This document shows positions 1 through 7,481 of a DNA stretch of 24,933 nt, in pieces. The stretch lies in assembly GCA_964426145.1 (NCBI GenBank), contig CAYRPW010000002.1, positions 1-24,933 of the forward strand. The letters are read 5' to 3'. The notes beneath the pieces were generated by a model. It saw only the letters and a program-made list of their open reading frames with translations, did not search any database and was not told where the DNA came from. The stretch's first letter is position 1, and each line of letters begins with the position of its first letter. Made by a program: the position numbers and the translations under genes. The DNA comes from an uncultured Oscillospiraceae bacterium. GTDB lineage: Bacteria; Bacillota; Clostridia; Christensenellales; Aristaeellaceae.

Positions 1-150
1 TGCGGCGGTTTCCTGCTCAAACGCCGTGATTGCCGGCCCCGTCGGCGCAATCCAATTGGTTTCGAACGCGTCCTGAATAAACGCCATCTCGCGCCCGCAC
101 ATATAGGGCGGCGAGAGATAAATACGAAACGGCATAACCGATCCATCCAT
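1..150 (-). CDS. DegT/DnrJ/EryC1/StrS-family PLP-dependent sugar aminotransferase, 5' fragment (runs off left edge)
   Basis: Not in the ORF track. Manual translation from the ATG at 150 (alternative ATG at 135) gives MDGSVMPFRIYLSPPYMCGREMAFIQDAFETNWIAPTGPAITAFEQETAA. This matches the RIYLSPPHM...AFxTNWIAPxGP N-terminus typical of PglE/EpsN-like enzymes. The frame is open to position 1. Confidence 0.85.
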   Translation of the reverse strand, partial: MDGSVMPFRIYLSPPYMCGREMAFIQDAFETNWIAPTGPAITAFEQETAA

Positions 151-222
151 TCTTTGCAGCGGTTTGTTCTTGTAAGTCGCATTATAGCACGCCTGTCGCC
201 CGCTTGCCACATTTTTCCTGCG

Positions 223-1107
223 TTACGCGTCCTGCCCGCCCATCAGGTCAAACAGCGTCACCTGCGGCGGGGCTTTGGGCGCTTCGCTCAGATATCGGAA
301 TACCTCATAATCGGTCAGGATGCCGTGTTTTTTGCAGCGCTCCGTAAGCAGCGCGGTCAAACGCTCGCTGTGCGGGCTTTTGCACTCGTACTGCAGGCCG
401 AACGCCTGGATGTAGCGCTGCTTCATGCCCGGAAACAGCCGGTCCAGCTGCGCGTAGAAGTATTCGCGGTCGCCTTCGCGCAGCGTAAGCCCCATGCCGA
501 AGCTGATGATGCCGCGCACGCCCGCGCCGATGCAGTCGTCCAGCAGGCCGTTTACGTTCTCTTCCGTGTCGTTGATGAACGGCAAAATCGGCGTCATCCA
601 GACCGCGGTGGGAATGCCGCGCTCCCGGCAGGCCGCAAGCACCTTCACGCGCGCCGCGGTGCCGCAGACGTTGGGTTCCAGCTTCGCGCACAGGGCTTCG
701 TCGCGGGTGGTCAGCGTCGTCTGCACCACGCATTTGTACCTGCGGTTGATTTCCGCAAACAGGTCCAGATCCCGCAGCATCCGGTCGGACTTGGAAAGGA
801 TGGTCAGGCCGAACCCGTGGCGCGCGATCACCTCCAGGCATTTTCGCGTGAGCTGCAGTTCGCTTTCCAGCGGAATGTAGGGGTCGCACATGCTGCCGGT
901 GTGGATGACCGCCTTCTTGCGCCGCCGCTGCAGCTGCAAGTCCAAAATCCGGTCCGCGCCGCGCTTGACCTCGACGTCCTCAAACGGGTGGCGGATTTGG
1001 TAGCAAACGCTGCGCGAATCGCAATAAATACAGCCGTGCGTGCAGCCGCGGTACAGGTTCAGGGTGTTGTTGGCCAAAAGCACGGTTTTGTAATCGGCGT
1101 AATGCAT
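223..1107 (-). CDS. Radical SAM protein, SPL/Rv2578c-like family
   Basis: CxxxCxxC motif (GCTHGCIYCDSRS), GSMCDPY, ILSKS and PILPFIND segments typical of this family. Start moved from the track's 1185 to the ATG at 1107 (MHYADYK), which follows the SD AGAGGA. Confidence 0.85.
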   Translation of the reverse strand: MHYADYKTVLLANNTLNLYRGCTHGCIYCDSRSVCYQIRHPFEDVEVKRGADRILDLQLQRRRKKAVIHTGSMCDPYIPLESELQLTRKCLEVIARHGFGLTILSKSDRMLRDLDLFAEINRRYKCVVQTTLTTRDEALCAKLEPNVCGTAARVKVLAACRERGIPTAVWMTPILPFINDTEENVNGLLDDCIGAGVRGIISFGMGLTLREGDREYFYAQLDRLFPGMKQRYIQAFGLQYECKSPHSERLTALLTERCKKHGILTDYEVFRYLSEAPKAPPQVTLFDLMGGQDA

Positions 1108-1148
1108 TGCGTTTCCTCTGTTCGCGGCGGTGGATGGCGTTGGCTTCC

Positions 1149-1177
1149 ATCGTATCATACCGGTCCCCGCGCCACAA
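1149..1177 (-). promoter_or_regulatory. Possible sigmaA-type promoter for the radical SAM gene
   Basis: Minus strand: TTGTGG (1177-1172), 17 bp, TACGAT (1154-1149), with a TGn extension. The -35 is weak. Confidence 0.35.
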
Positions 1178-1206
1178 TATTTCATCCGTTCTTAACCCGC
1201 TGCCCG

Positions 1207-1235
1207 TTGACAGGGCTGATCCGTTTTCGTATGAT
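1207..1235 (+). promoter_or_regulatory. sigmaA-type promoter for the MBL hydrolase gene
   Basis: TTGACA (1207-1212), 17 bp, TATGAT (1230-1235); lies 45 nt upstream of the ATG at 1281. Confidence 0.7.
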
Positions 1236-1280
1236 GAGCGCTGACTGCGCGTAATCAATGTAACATATGGAGACCGACTG

Positions 1281-2210
1281 ATGCAAAGAAAACTGCTGGC
1301 CCTTTTGCTTGTGTTTGCGCTTCTGCCCGCCGCGGCAGCCCCCGCGCTCCCCGGCCCGGCCGTTGCGGCGCCGCTGCCGGATACGTCCCTTCGCTTCTGG
1401 GAAACGTCCGGCGCGCAGGCCTGGGAAGCCCGGGATCTTGAACTGTTTCCAAACGCGGACGACGTGCTGACCGTGATCGCCGCGGAACTCGGCGCTGCCG
1501 ATTGCTTTATTCTGCGCTGCGGCGGCCAGACCGCGCTGATCGACTGCGGTTGGCTTGGGCCTGGTGATCTGGTGCTGCGGCTTCTAGCGCAGGAGGGGAT
1601 CGACAGGTTTGATTTTGTCATCAACACGCACCCGCATGACGACCATATCAACGGCATTTTCGAGCTGCTGCCGAAGTTTCCCATCGGGAAACTCTACGTC
1701 GGGTTTGACCGCCATTACCGCAACCTCAACAAGCGGCTGTTCCGCGAGGCGGAGAAGCTGGGCATCCCCGTGGAACAGGTGGAAACGCCCAAAACCCTGA
1801 CCCTGGGCTCGGCGGAGCTGACGCTCTACCAGGTTCCCTGGGGTGACAACACCAACAACCGCTCCCTGGTCACGCGGCTGACGCTGGGGGAGCGTTCCAT
1901 GCTGCTGCCCGCCGATATCGGCCAAAGCGGGATGCTGTGGCTTTTGGATACCTACGGCGCGCAGGCTTTCCAGGCGGACATCCTGAAGGCGCCGCATCAC
2001 GGCATCGACCTGGTGCCGCCGGAGCTTCTGGCCGCCGCCGGGCCGCAGGCGATCTTCATTACCTACGTTCCGCACTCGCGCAACGAGGAAACCGTGAAAA
2101 AACTCAGAATGCTGGGCTACGAACCCCTCTTCGCCGGGCTCGGCTCGCTGGTGATGAAAACCGACGGCAACCTGTGGACCATCACCCAGCTGCCCCGCGA
2201 GGGCAGATAA
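1281..2210 (+). CDS. Secreted metallo-beta-lactamase-fold hydrolase, ComEC/Rec2 MBL-domain type
   Basis: Hydrophobic signal peptide (MQRKLLALLLVFALLPAAAA); ALIDCG, THPHDDH (HxHxDH), NNRSLV, LLPADIG and ILKAPHHG motifs; SD GGAGA. There is no ComEC membrane domain. Confidence 0.85.
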   Translation: MQRKLLALLLVFALLPAAAAPALPGPAVAAPLPDTSLRFWETSGAQAWEARDLELFPNADDVLTVIAAELGAADCFILRCGGQTALIDCGWLGPGDLVLRLLAQEGIDRFDFVINTHPHDDHINGIFELLPKFPIGKLYVGFDRHYRNLNKRLFREAEKLGIPVEQVETPKTLTLGSAELTLYQVPWGDNTNNRSLVTRLTLGERSMLLPADIGQSGMLWLLDTYGAQAFQADILKAPHHGIDLVPPELLAAAGPQAIFITYVPHSRNEETVKKLRMLGYEPLFAGLGSLVMKTDGNLWTITQLPREGR

Positions 2211-2243
2211 CCGGCGGTATTGCGGATAATCCGGTTTCGAAAC

Positions 2244-2274
2244 GGAAACGCCCGGCAGGCCTTTTTTCGTTTCC
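2244..2274. terminator. Possible weak hairpin between the convergent MBL and TetR genes
   Basis: GGAAACG (2244-2250) and CGTTTCC (2268-2274) enclose a GCC-CGGCA-GGC stem and a T6 run. The stem is imperfect. Confidence 0.3.
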
Positions 2275-2277
2275 CGG

Positions 2278-2865
2278 CTACAGCAGCCCCCGGATCACGG
2301 CCTCGGCCTGGGCGAGGGTTGCTTTCGTATTCTGCAGCTCGCCGGAGGCGATGAGCACGGAAATGCCGTGCACCACGCCCCAGCAGTGCAGGACGATCTC
2401 CTCGTGGGAACGCGGATCCTGCGGACAGGCTTCGCGGTAGCGCGTGACGGCGTCTTTGAGGATGCCCAGCGTGCCGCCGTGCTTTCGCACCCGTTCGTCC
2501 TGGAAGAAGCGCTCGCGGATGCGCAGGTCGGTTAAAAACAACAAACGCAGGTATTCGGGTTTCTCGGCGAAGAACCGGATGTATGCGACGCCCATCGCCG
2601 TCAGCTGCGCCGCGGGCGCGCCGGGGTGCAGCGCGACGGCGTCCAGAAGCCGCTGCTCGAAAGCGCTCATCGCCTGTGCCGCGATCGCGCCGATCAAATC
2701 GTCCTTGTTTCGGAAATGCCGGTAAGGCGCCGTCTGGCTTACGCCGCAGCGCTTGGCCGCTTCCCGCAGCGAAAAACGCTCGTACCCTTGGGCGTCCAGC
2801 AGCTGCAGGCCCTGCTCGATGAGCTGGGCTTTCAGGTCTCCGTGATGATAGGGCTGCTCAGGCAT
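2278..2865 (-). CDS. TetR/AcrR-family transcriptional regulator
   Basis: YHHGDLK N-terminus and HTH FSLREAAKRCGVSQTAPYRHFRNKDDL; C-terminal WGVVHGIS. Start moved to the ATG at 2865, which follows the SD GGAGGGA. Confidence 0.93.
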   Translation of the reverse strand: MPEQPYHHGDLKAQLIEQGLQLLDAQGYERFSLREAAKRCGVSQTAPYRHFRNKDDLIGAIAAQAMSAFEQRLLDAVALHPGAPAAQLTAMGVAYIRFFAEKPEYLRLLFLTDLRIRERFFQDERVRKHGGTLGILKDAVTRYREACPQDPRSHEEIVLHCWGVVHGISVLIASGELQNTKATLAQAEAVIRGLL

Positions 2866-2903
2866 CAGGCTTCCCTCCGGCGGATACATTAGAGTTGGAT
2901 TAA

Positions 2904-2932
2904 ATCATAGCATGGAATGTTGACAAAGTAAA
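2904..2932 (-). promoter_or_regulatory. Promoter for tetR, overlapping the divergent flavodoxin promoter
   Basis: Minus strand: TTTACT (2932-2927), 17 bp, TATGAT (2909-2904), with a TGn extension. Confidence 0.55.
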
Positions 2933-2967
2933 CATTGTACGCTACGCTATGTTTACATTGTTAACAT
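2916..2967. promoter_or_regulatory. Two TetR-type operator palindromes plus the flavodoxin operon promoter
   Basis: O1 AATGTTGAC-AAA-GTAAACATT (2916-2936) and O2 ATGTTTAC-ATT-GTTAACAT (2949-2967). Plus-strand promoter: TTGACA (2920-2925), 17 bp, TACGCT (2943-2948). Confidence 0.75.
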
Positions 2968-2978
2968 GGGAGGGAAAC

Positions 2979-3545
2979 ATGTCCATGCAGGCTTACATTC
3001 TGTCCGACGGCGAGTTCGACGGTGACCGGCTGCAAAGGCTCGGCGCCGCGGTGGAGCGCTGTTTGACCCAAAAGGGATTTGCGGTTACGCACAAGCGGCT
3101 GGAGCCGGGGGAGCTGAACCATTGCGTGGGCTGTTTCGGCTGCTGGGTGAAAACGCCGGGCCGCTGCGTGATCAAAGACTCGATGGACGGCATCAACCGC
3201 GCCGCCATGAACAGCGACGTAGTTGTCTATCTGGTGCCGCTGGTGTTCGGCCAGTTCTCCGCCAACATGAAAAACGCGGTGGACCGCTGGATTCCAAACA
3301 TACTGCCGTTTTTTCTCCTCAGGCCGGACGGTTCCACCATCCACCCGGCGCGTTACGAAAGCAATCCGCGCATCGTGATGATCGCTTACGGCGACAGCCT
3401 GACGGCGGAGGACAAAGCCCTGTTTACCGATATCACGGTCAGGCATCGCGCAAACGGGTCGGTGCTGTTTTATGAGGATAACGACGAAAAGCTTTCGCAG
3501 GCGCTGCTGGCCGTGGATTTGCGAAAGGCGGGGAGCGTCATATGA
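2979..3545 (+). CDS. Flavodoxin-like / iron-sulfur flavoprotein-like protein (NADPH-dependent FMN reductase superfamily)
   Basis: CVGCFGCWVKTPGRC cysteine cluster and DVVVYLVPLVFGQFSANMKNAVDR. Start moved to the ATG at 2979, which follows the SD GGAGGGA. Confidence 0.85.
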   Translation: MSMQAYILSDGEFDGDRLQRLGAAVERCLTQKGFAVTHKRLEPGELNHCVGCFGCWVKTPGRCVIKDSMDGINRAAMNSDVVVYLVPLVFGQFSANMKNAVDRWIPNILPFFLLRPDGSTIHPARYESNPRIVMIAYGDSLTAEDKALFTDITVRHRANGSVLFYEDNDEKLSQALLAVDLRKAGSVI

Positions 3546-4216
3546 GTGAGAAGAAACAGGTGGTCATCGTAAGCGCCAGCCCCAAGCCGCAGGGCAGAGC
3601 CGCGTCCGACCGGCTGGCGGAGGTGGCGGCGGCCGTGCTGCAAGACGATAGGGTGGGCGTGCAGATCATAAGCGCCCGGGAAACGCTGCAAACACGCGAA
3701 ACGGAGAAGGCGTTTGCGGCTATGGCCGCGGCGGACGCGCTGATCCTCGTGTTCCCGCTGTACGTTTTCTGCCTGCCGGGGATCACCATGCGGTTTTTGC
3801 AGCTGTACCGGGATTACGCGCTTCGGCTGCCCCTGCGCAGGCAGGCGGCGGTGTATGCCATCGTCAACTGCGGGTTTCCGGAGCCGGAAATCAACGAGGA
3901 GGCGTCGCGCGTCGTGGGCAGGTTCGCGTCGGCCGTCGGCGCGCGGTATGGATTTGGTATTTTGATCGGCGGCGGCGGCATGGTTTCGATGACGATCCCG
4001 CCCGTACAGAAAATGCTGACGAAGCTTACGGAGACGCTGCAGCGCGTGAAAGAAGAAATTAAAAGCGGCGCCTGCGCGCCTGCCCAAAGCGTATGCCTTC
4101 GCGTGGCCTTTCCCCGGAGGCTGTACTACTTTATGGGCAACATCGGCTGGAAGCGGTGGATCCGCAGCAACGGCAAACCCGTGAAGGACCTGTATGCGAG
4201 GCCGTACCAGCAATAA
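3542..4216 (+). CDS. Flavodoxin-like NAD(P)H-dependent oxidoreductase
   Basis: VVIVSASPK...SDRL, ADALILVFPLYVFCLPG and AIVNCGFPE motifs; ATGA overlap with the upstream gene, indicating translational coupling. Confidence 0.8.
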   Translation: MSEKKQVVIVSASPKPQGRAASDRLAEVAAAVLQDDRVGVQIISARETLQTRETEKAFAAMAAADALILVFPLYVFCLPGITMRFLQLYRDYALRLPLRRQAAVYAIVNCGFPEPEINEEASRVVGRFASAVGARYGFGILIGGGGMVSMTIPPVQKMLTKLTETLQRVKEEIKSGACAPAQSVCLRVAFPRRLYYFMGNIGWKRWIRSNGKPVKDLYARPYQQ

Positions 4217-4219
4217 ACA

Positions 4220-4248
4220 AAACCCGCGGGGGTTTTCCCCGCGGGTTT
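4220..4248. terminator. Bidirectional Rho-independent terminator
   Basis: Perfect 12-bp stem AAACCCGCGGGG / CCCCGCGGGTTT with a 5-nt loop, between the convergent flavodoxin and CotH genes. A-rich on the left and T-rich on the right. Confidence 0.85.
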
Positions 4249-4273
4249 ACTTTCTGTTCCCGCTTACTTTTGA

Positions 4274-5758
4274 TTACGGCGCGGGCGTCGGCGCGGGCGG
4301 GATTTCCGTGGGAAGGATCGCCGGCGGGGCGGTCGGCGTGGCCGTGGGCTTGGGGGTCGGCGTTGCGGAAAGGTTGCGCAGATAGGTTTCCAGGTTTTCG
4401 TCCATGTAGCGGCCCTTCAGCACAATCTCGTTTTTCAGCTGCGCTACGGCGTCTTCGAAGGTATATACGTTGCGGTTGCTGCCGTCTGCGGCGGCAGTCA
4501 GGATATCTTTTGCCAGGATTTTGTCCCACCGGTCAAAATTGCGCTGAGCGGCGGGGCCCAGGTAGGCGGCAATTTCGTCGATCATGGCCAGCAGCCGTTC
4601 TTCGCTGAGCACGGTTTTACGAAGTTCCCGGTAGCGGTAGACGACGGTGTTGACGAACGTCTTATCCAGCACCAGCACGTTGAACCAGTTCGCGCCGCTC
4701 ATCAGAATGGTGTCGTACGCCGTGGGGTCGATGTGGTTGTCCAGGCAGTTGTTAAAATCCCATACTGGGCCCATGATCAGCTTCCCGCGCGGGTCGCGGT
4801 AACAGAAGGTGGAAAACGTTCCGGCGTCGCGGTTCATGGCGAACTCGTTGAAAATGAAGTAATCCACGAAGGAGTTCATGTCGATCTCGTCGGCGAAGGC
4901 GCGGCTCTTGTCCCCGTCCTGCAGCGCGTAGAGCTTCTCCTCAAACGCGTTGATGTCGTTTAATATATACTGGATGCTTTCCTCGGTCAGGTCGGCGGCC
5001 TGCGGAAACTCTATGCCCATGTCGTAGGTGGTTTTGCCCAGCGTGTCCGAGTAGGTTTTAATGTGCGATTTGATGTACACGTACATATCCCGCTGCAGAA
5101 GGTAGCCGACGGCGCCTTTTGCGCCTTGCTTCTGGGATACGTTGACGCGGTTTTTACCCACGGTCACCGCTTCGGTCATCACGTACAGCCCTTCGTAGCT
5201 GCCGTCGATAAACACTTCGCAGAACTTCGCGTGCGGCGCCCAGACCATGATCTCGCCCGCCAGGTTGTACATCAGATAATTGCGCATCAGCGATTTATCC
5301 AGGTACGGCCCGTTGAGCACCCAGTCGGTATCCGCGGCCATGCCCATCACGGCGCGGTTCACATGGTTGCCGGAGGCGAGTTTTTTTGTGAAATTGATCC
5401 GGTATTGCTTTTTGGGAAATTCCGCGGACGTTTTGCCGCGGATATTGATCAGCGCCGCGTTCGTCAGCGCCGGTGTGTCCGTCGTGTGGTTGTAGCCTCC
5501 CGCCTGGTCGATCACGGTCACCGTGACGGGGAGCTGCGTTTCCCGGGTGATCGTCCCGCCGCCGGTTTCAATCAGCACCAGCGGAAGGTGGCTGGAAAAA
5601 ACGTCGCTGCCGACGTCGTACGCGTCCGGACCGGCGGCGGTTTCATGCTGGTAAATGCGCTCATACTGCGGCCACAGCACCTGCCGCGCCGTGGCGGCCA
5701 CGGCCGCGATGAGAACGACGACGATTGAAATCACAATAACGGTCAGCCTGTTACGCAC
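4274..5758 (-). CDS. CotH-family atypical kinase, N-terminally membrane anchored, with Pro/Thr-rich tail
   Basis: N-terminal TM segment; IRGKTS, KKQYRINF, DWVLNGPYLDKSLMRN, YEGLYVMTE, FNEFAMNRD and GPVWDFN motifs; C-terminal ATPTPKPTATPTAPP...PTPAP. GTG start. Confidence 0.88.
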   Translation of the reverse strand: MRNRLTVIVISIVVVLIAAVAATARQVLWPQYERIYQHETAAGPDAYDVGSDVFSSHLPLVLIETGGGTITRETQLPVTVTVIDQAGGYNHTTDTPALTNAALINIRGKTSAEFPKKQYRINFTKKLASGNHVNRAVMGMAADTDWVLNGPYLDKSLMRNYLMYNLAGEIMVWAPHAKFCEVFIDGSYEGLYVMTEAVTVGKNRVNVSQKQGAKGAVGYLLQRDMYVYIKSHIKTYSDTLGKTTYDMGIEFPQAADLTEESIQYILNDINAFEEKLYALQDGDKSRAFADEIDMNSFVDYFIFNEFAMNRDAGTFSTFCYRDPRGKLIMGPVWDFNNCLDNHIDPTAYDTILMSGANWFNVLVLDKTFVNTVVYRYRELRKTVLSEERLLAMIDEIAAYLGPAAQRNFDRWDKILAKDILTAAADGSNRNVYTFEDAVAQLKNEIVLKGRYMDENLETYLRNLSATPTPKPTATPTAPPAILPTEIPPAPTPAP

Positions 5759-5772
5759 CGCGCCGCACCTGC

Positions 5773-6450
5773 CTAACGGCTCATGTCGTCGGTCTGGGAA
5801 ACGAGGTTGACCATTTTCACGCCGTTGACGCGGTAGAGGAACTGCATGATGCTGTTGTCGTTGAGGCGGGTGGATTTTTTCACGTCCGCGCCGTTGATTT
5901 CGAAAATGAACTCCACGTCCTCGGGTGTGGTATTCTTCACCCGCAAAACGGGCTTTTTATAGTATTCCTGCACGATCATCTCGATGATTCCCTGCCGGGG
6001 CATGTCGCAGCGGATGACGAGAATGTACTTGTTGTCTTCGCGGATGTGGTGGAAGACCACCAAAAACAGCACCACCGAGGCGGAGCCGATGGCCGCCGCC
6101 AGATAGAAACCCACGCCGCAGCAGATGCCCACCGCGATGCTCCAGAAAATGAAGGTGGTGTCCCGCGCGTCCTTGATGGCCGTGCGGAAGCGCACGATGG
6201 ACAGCGCGCCCACCATGCCCAGCGACAGCGCGATGTTGTTGGAAATCACGGTCATCACCATGGAGGTGACCAGCGAGAGCATGATCAGCGAGATGTTGAA
6301 CTTTTTGGAGTAGGAAATTCCCGCGTAGGTCCAGGCATAAATGGCGTAAATCAGCATGCCCAGCACAAGCGTCACGCCTGCGTTCATCAGCAGCTGCTCG
6401 AGCTGGAGCGTGCCCTGTTCCGCCAGATTGTTCAGGATGTACTCTTTCAC
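5773..6450 (-). CDS. DUF4956-family membrane protein
   Basis: ISNNIALSLGMVGALSIVRFRTAIKDARDTTFIFWSIAVGICCG signature and an ACT-like C-terminus. The GTG at 6450 (after AGAGGT) is preferred over the track's 6462. Confidence 0.88.
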   Translation of the reverse strand: MKEYILNNLAEQGTLQLEQLLMNAGVTLVLGMLIYAIYAWTYAGISYSKKFNISLIMLSLVTSMVMTVISNNIALSLGMVGALSIVRFRTAIKDARDTTFIFWSIAVGICCGVGFYLAAAIGSASVVLFLVVFHHIREDNKYILVIRCDMPRQGIIEMIVQEYYKKPVLRVKNTTPEDVEFIFEINGADVKKSTRLNDNSIMQFLYRVNGVKMVNLVSQTDDMSR

Positions 6451-6523
6451 CGGCTTACACACCTCTGGTTTCTTTTGCCTGATGCGGGAGTGTTGCGTGG
6501 TTGCGGCCTCGTGCCGCCGGGGC

Positions 6524-7207
6524 TTAGTGCAGATCGGCGCGGCCGAGCACGTATTTGCTCATGGCCGCCGGCTGCGTATCCAGGTTCTTAAGCATCCCCT
6601 GCAGGTAGGAATACAGAAAGCCGTTGTATTTCACTTCCAGCACGCCCATGTCCGGGGCGATCAGCGGCGTGAAGTTCGCGTTGGCTACGAACAGGTTGCT
6701 GCTCTGCCAGGACGCGCGGATGTGCGAATCGTAGGTGATGCGGATATCGTTGCCCGGCGCGGCGTAGGCTTGCCGGTCATACTCGATGAGCACCTTGGGC
6801 TGGTAGACGCGCATCATCATTTCGTGATAAATCTGCGCGGCCAGCGGATCGGGAAGGTCAAGCAGGAAGCCGTAGTCGCCCGCCACCATCTGCCGGGCCT
6901 GCTTGCGCGTCAGCGGGATGGAGGTCTTGTGCTGGTTTACGCCCTGCTTGAACTTGTATTCCAGCTTGATGAGGCGGCCCTGGGGGGGATACACGCGCAC
7001 GCGGATCTTCTTGCGGGTTTCCGCGCCTTTCAAGACGTCGAAATAGTCTTCGTTATGGAAGGAGTCGAAATAGAGGGAGCGCACTTTGTACAGGCCGCTC
7101 GCGTCGCCGGCCGGGTCCGGCCTGAGCAGAAGCGAAAGCTTCGGTTCCAGCATCTTGAACTGCAGCAGAGGGATCAGGTACTTTATCTCTCTTCGTTCAA
7201 CGTTCAT
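6524..7207 (-). CDS. VTC-domain (polyphosphate polymerase / CYTH-like tunnel) protein
   Basis: RREIKY, VRSLYFDS, KKIRVRVY, KLEYK, IEYDRQAY, IRITYD, VLEVKY and SKY motifs. Start moved to the ATG at 7207, which follows the SD CAGGAG. Confidence 0.88.
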   Translation of the reverse strand: MNVERREIKYLIPLLQFKMLEPKLSLLLRPDPAGDASGLYKVRSLYFDSFHNEDYFDVLKGAETRKKIRVRVYPPQGRLIKLEYKFKQGVNQHKTSIPLTRKQARQMVAGDYGFLLDLPDPLAAQIYHEMMMRVYQPKVLIEYDRQAYAAPGNDIRITYDSHIRASWQSSNLFVANANFTPLIAPDMGVLEVKYNGFLYSYLQGMLKNLDTQPAAMSKYVLGRADLH

Positions 7208-7326
7208 TGCGCTCTCCTGTCGGGTTACTGCCGCCCCGGGCGTCTGGCCGCAAAGCCTTGGCCGCCGGGCTTTCCGCCGTAAAACTCCGCCGCACGGACG
7301 CGGTGTTGTGGTTCTCACGTGATTGC

Positions 7327-7355
7327 ATTATAGAATATATGAACCATTGTGTCAA
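7327..7355 (-). promoter_or_regulatory. Consensus sigmaA promoter for the VTC-DUF4956-CotH operon
   Basis: Minus strand: TTGACA (7355-7350), 17 bp, TATAAT (7332-7327); a perfect consensus match. Confidence 0.85.
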
Positions 7356-7395
7356 TTGTATTACAGAAATATTTCAAAAATATTTTGAATTTCGG

Positions 7396-7424
7396 TTGTA
7401 TTTTAAAACAAAGTCTGGTATGGT
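7396..7424 (+). promoter_or_regulatory. Promoter for the MBOAT/ACP operon
   Basis: TTGTAT (7396-7401), 17 bp, TATGGT (7419-7424), with a TGn extension. Confidence 0.6.
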
Positions 7425-7481
7425 GGTACCGTCGAACGCTGCCGCACCGGCGGTTACAACAGCAAACGGGAGGCGGTTCCC

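Noticed and set aside
1108-1206. LexA/SOS box upstream of the radical SAM gene
   Set aside because: No GAAC-N4-GTTC found; only an isolated GTTC half-site.
154-1254. 366-aa plus-strand ORF, and the many other overlapping alternative-frame ORFs across the window
   Set aside because: Shadow ORFs over well-supported genes, without SD sites or domain motifs.
7208-7320. c-di-GMP-I riboswitch in the VTC leader (GAAA loop; GCAAAGCC on the plus strand)
   Set aside because: The GGCAAAC...GAAA...GACGCAAAG order is not present on the transcribed strand, and the best look-alike is on the wrong strand.
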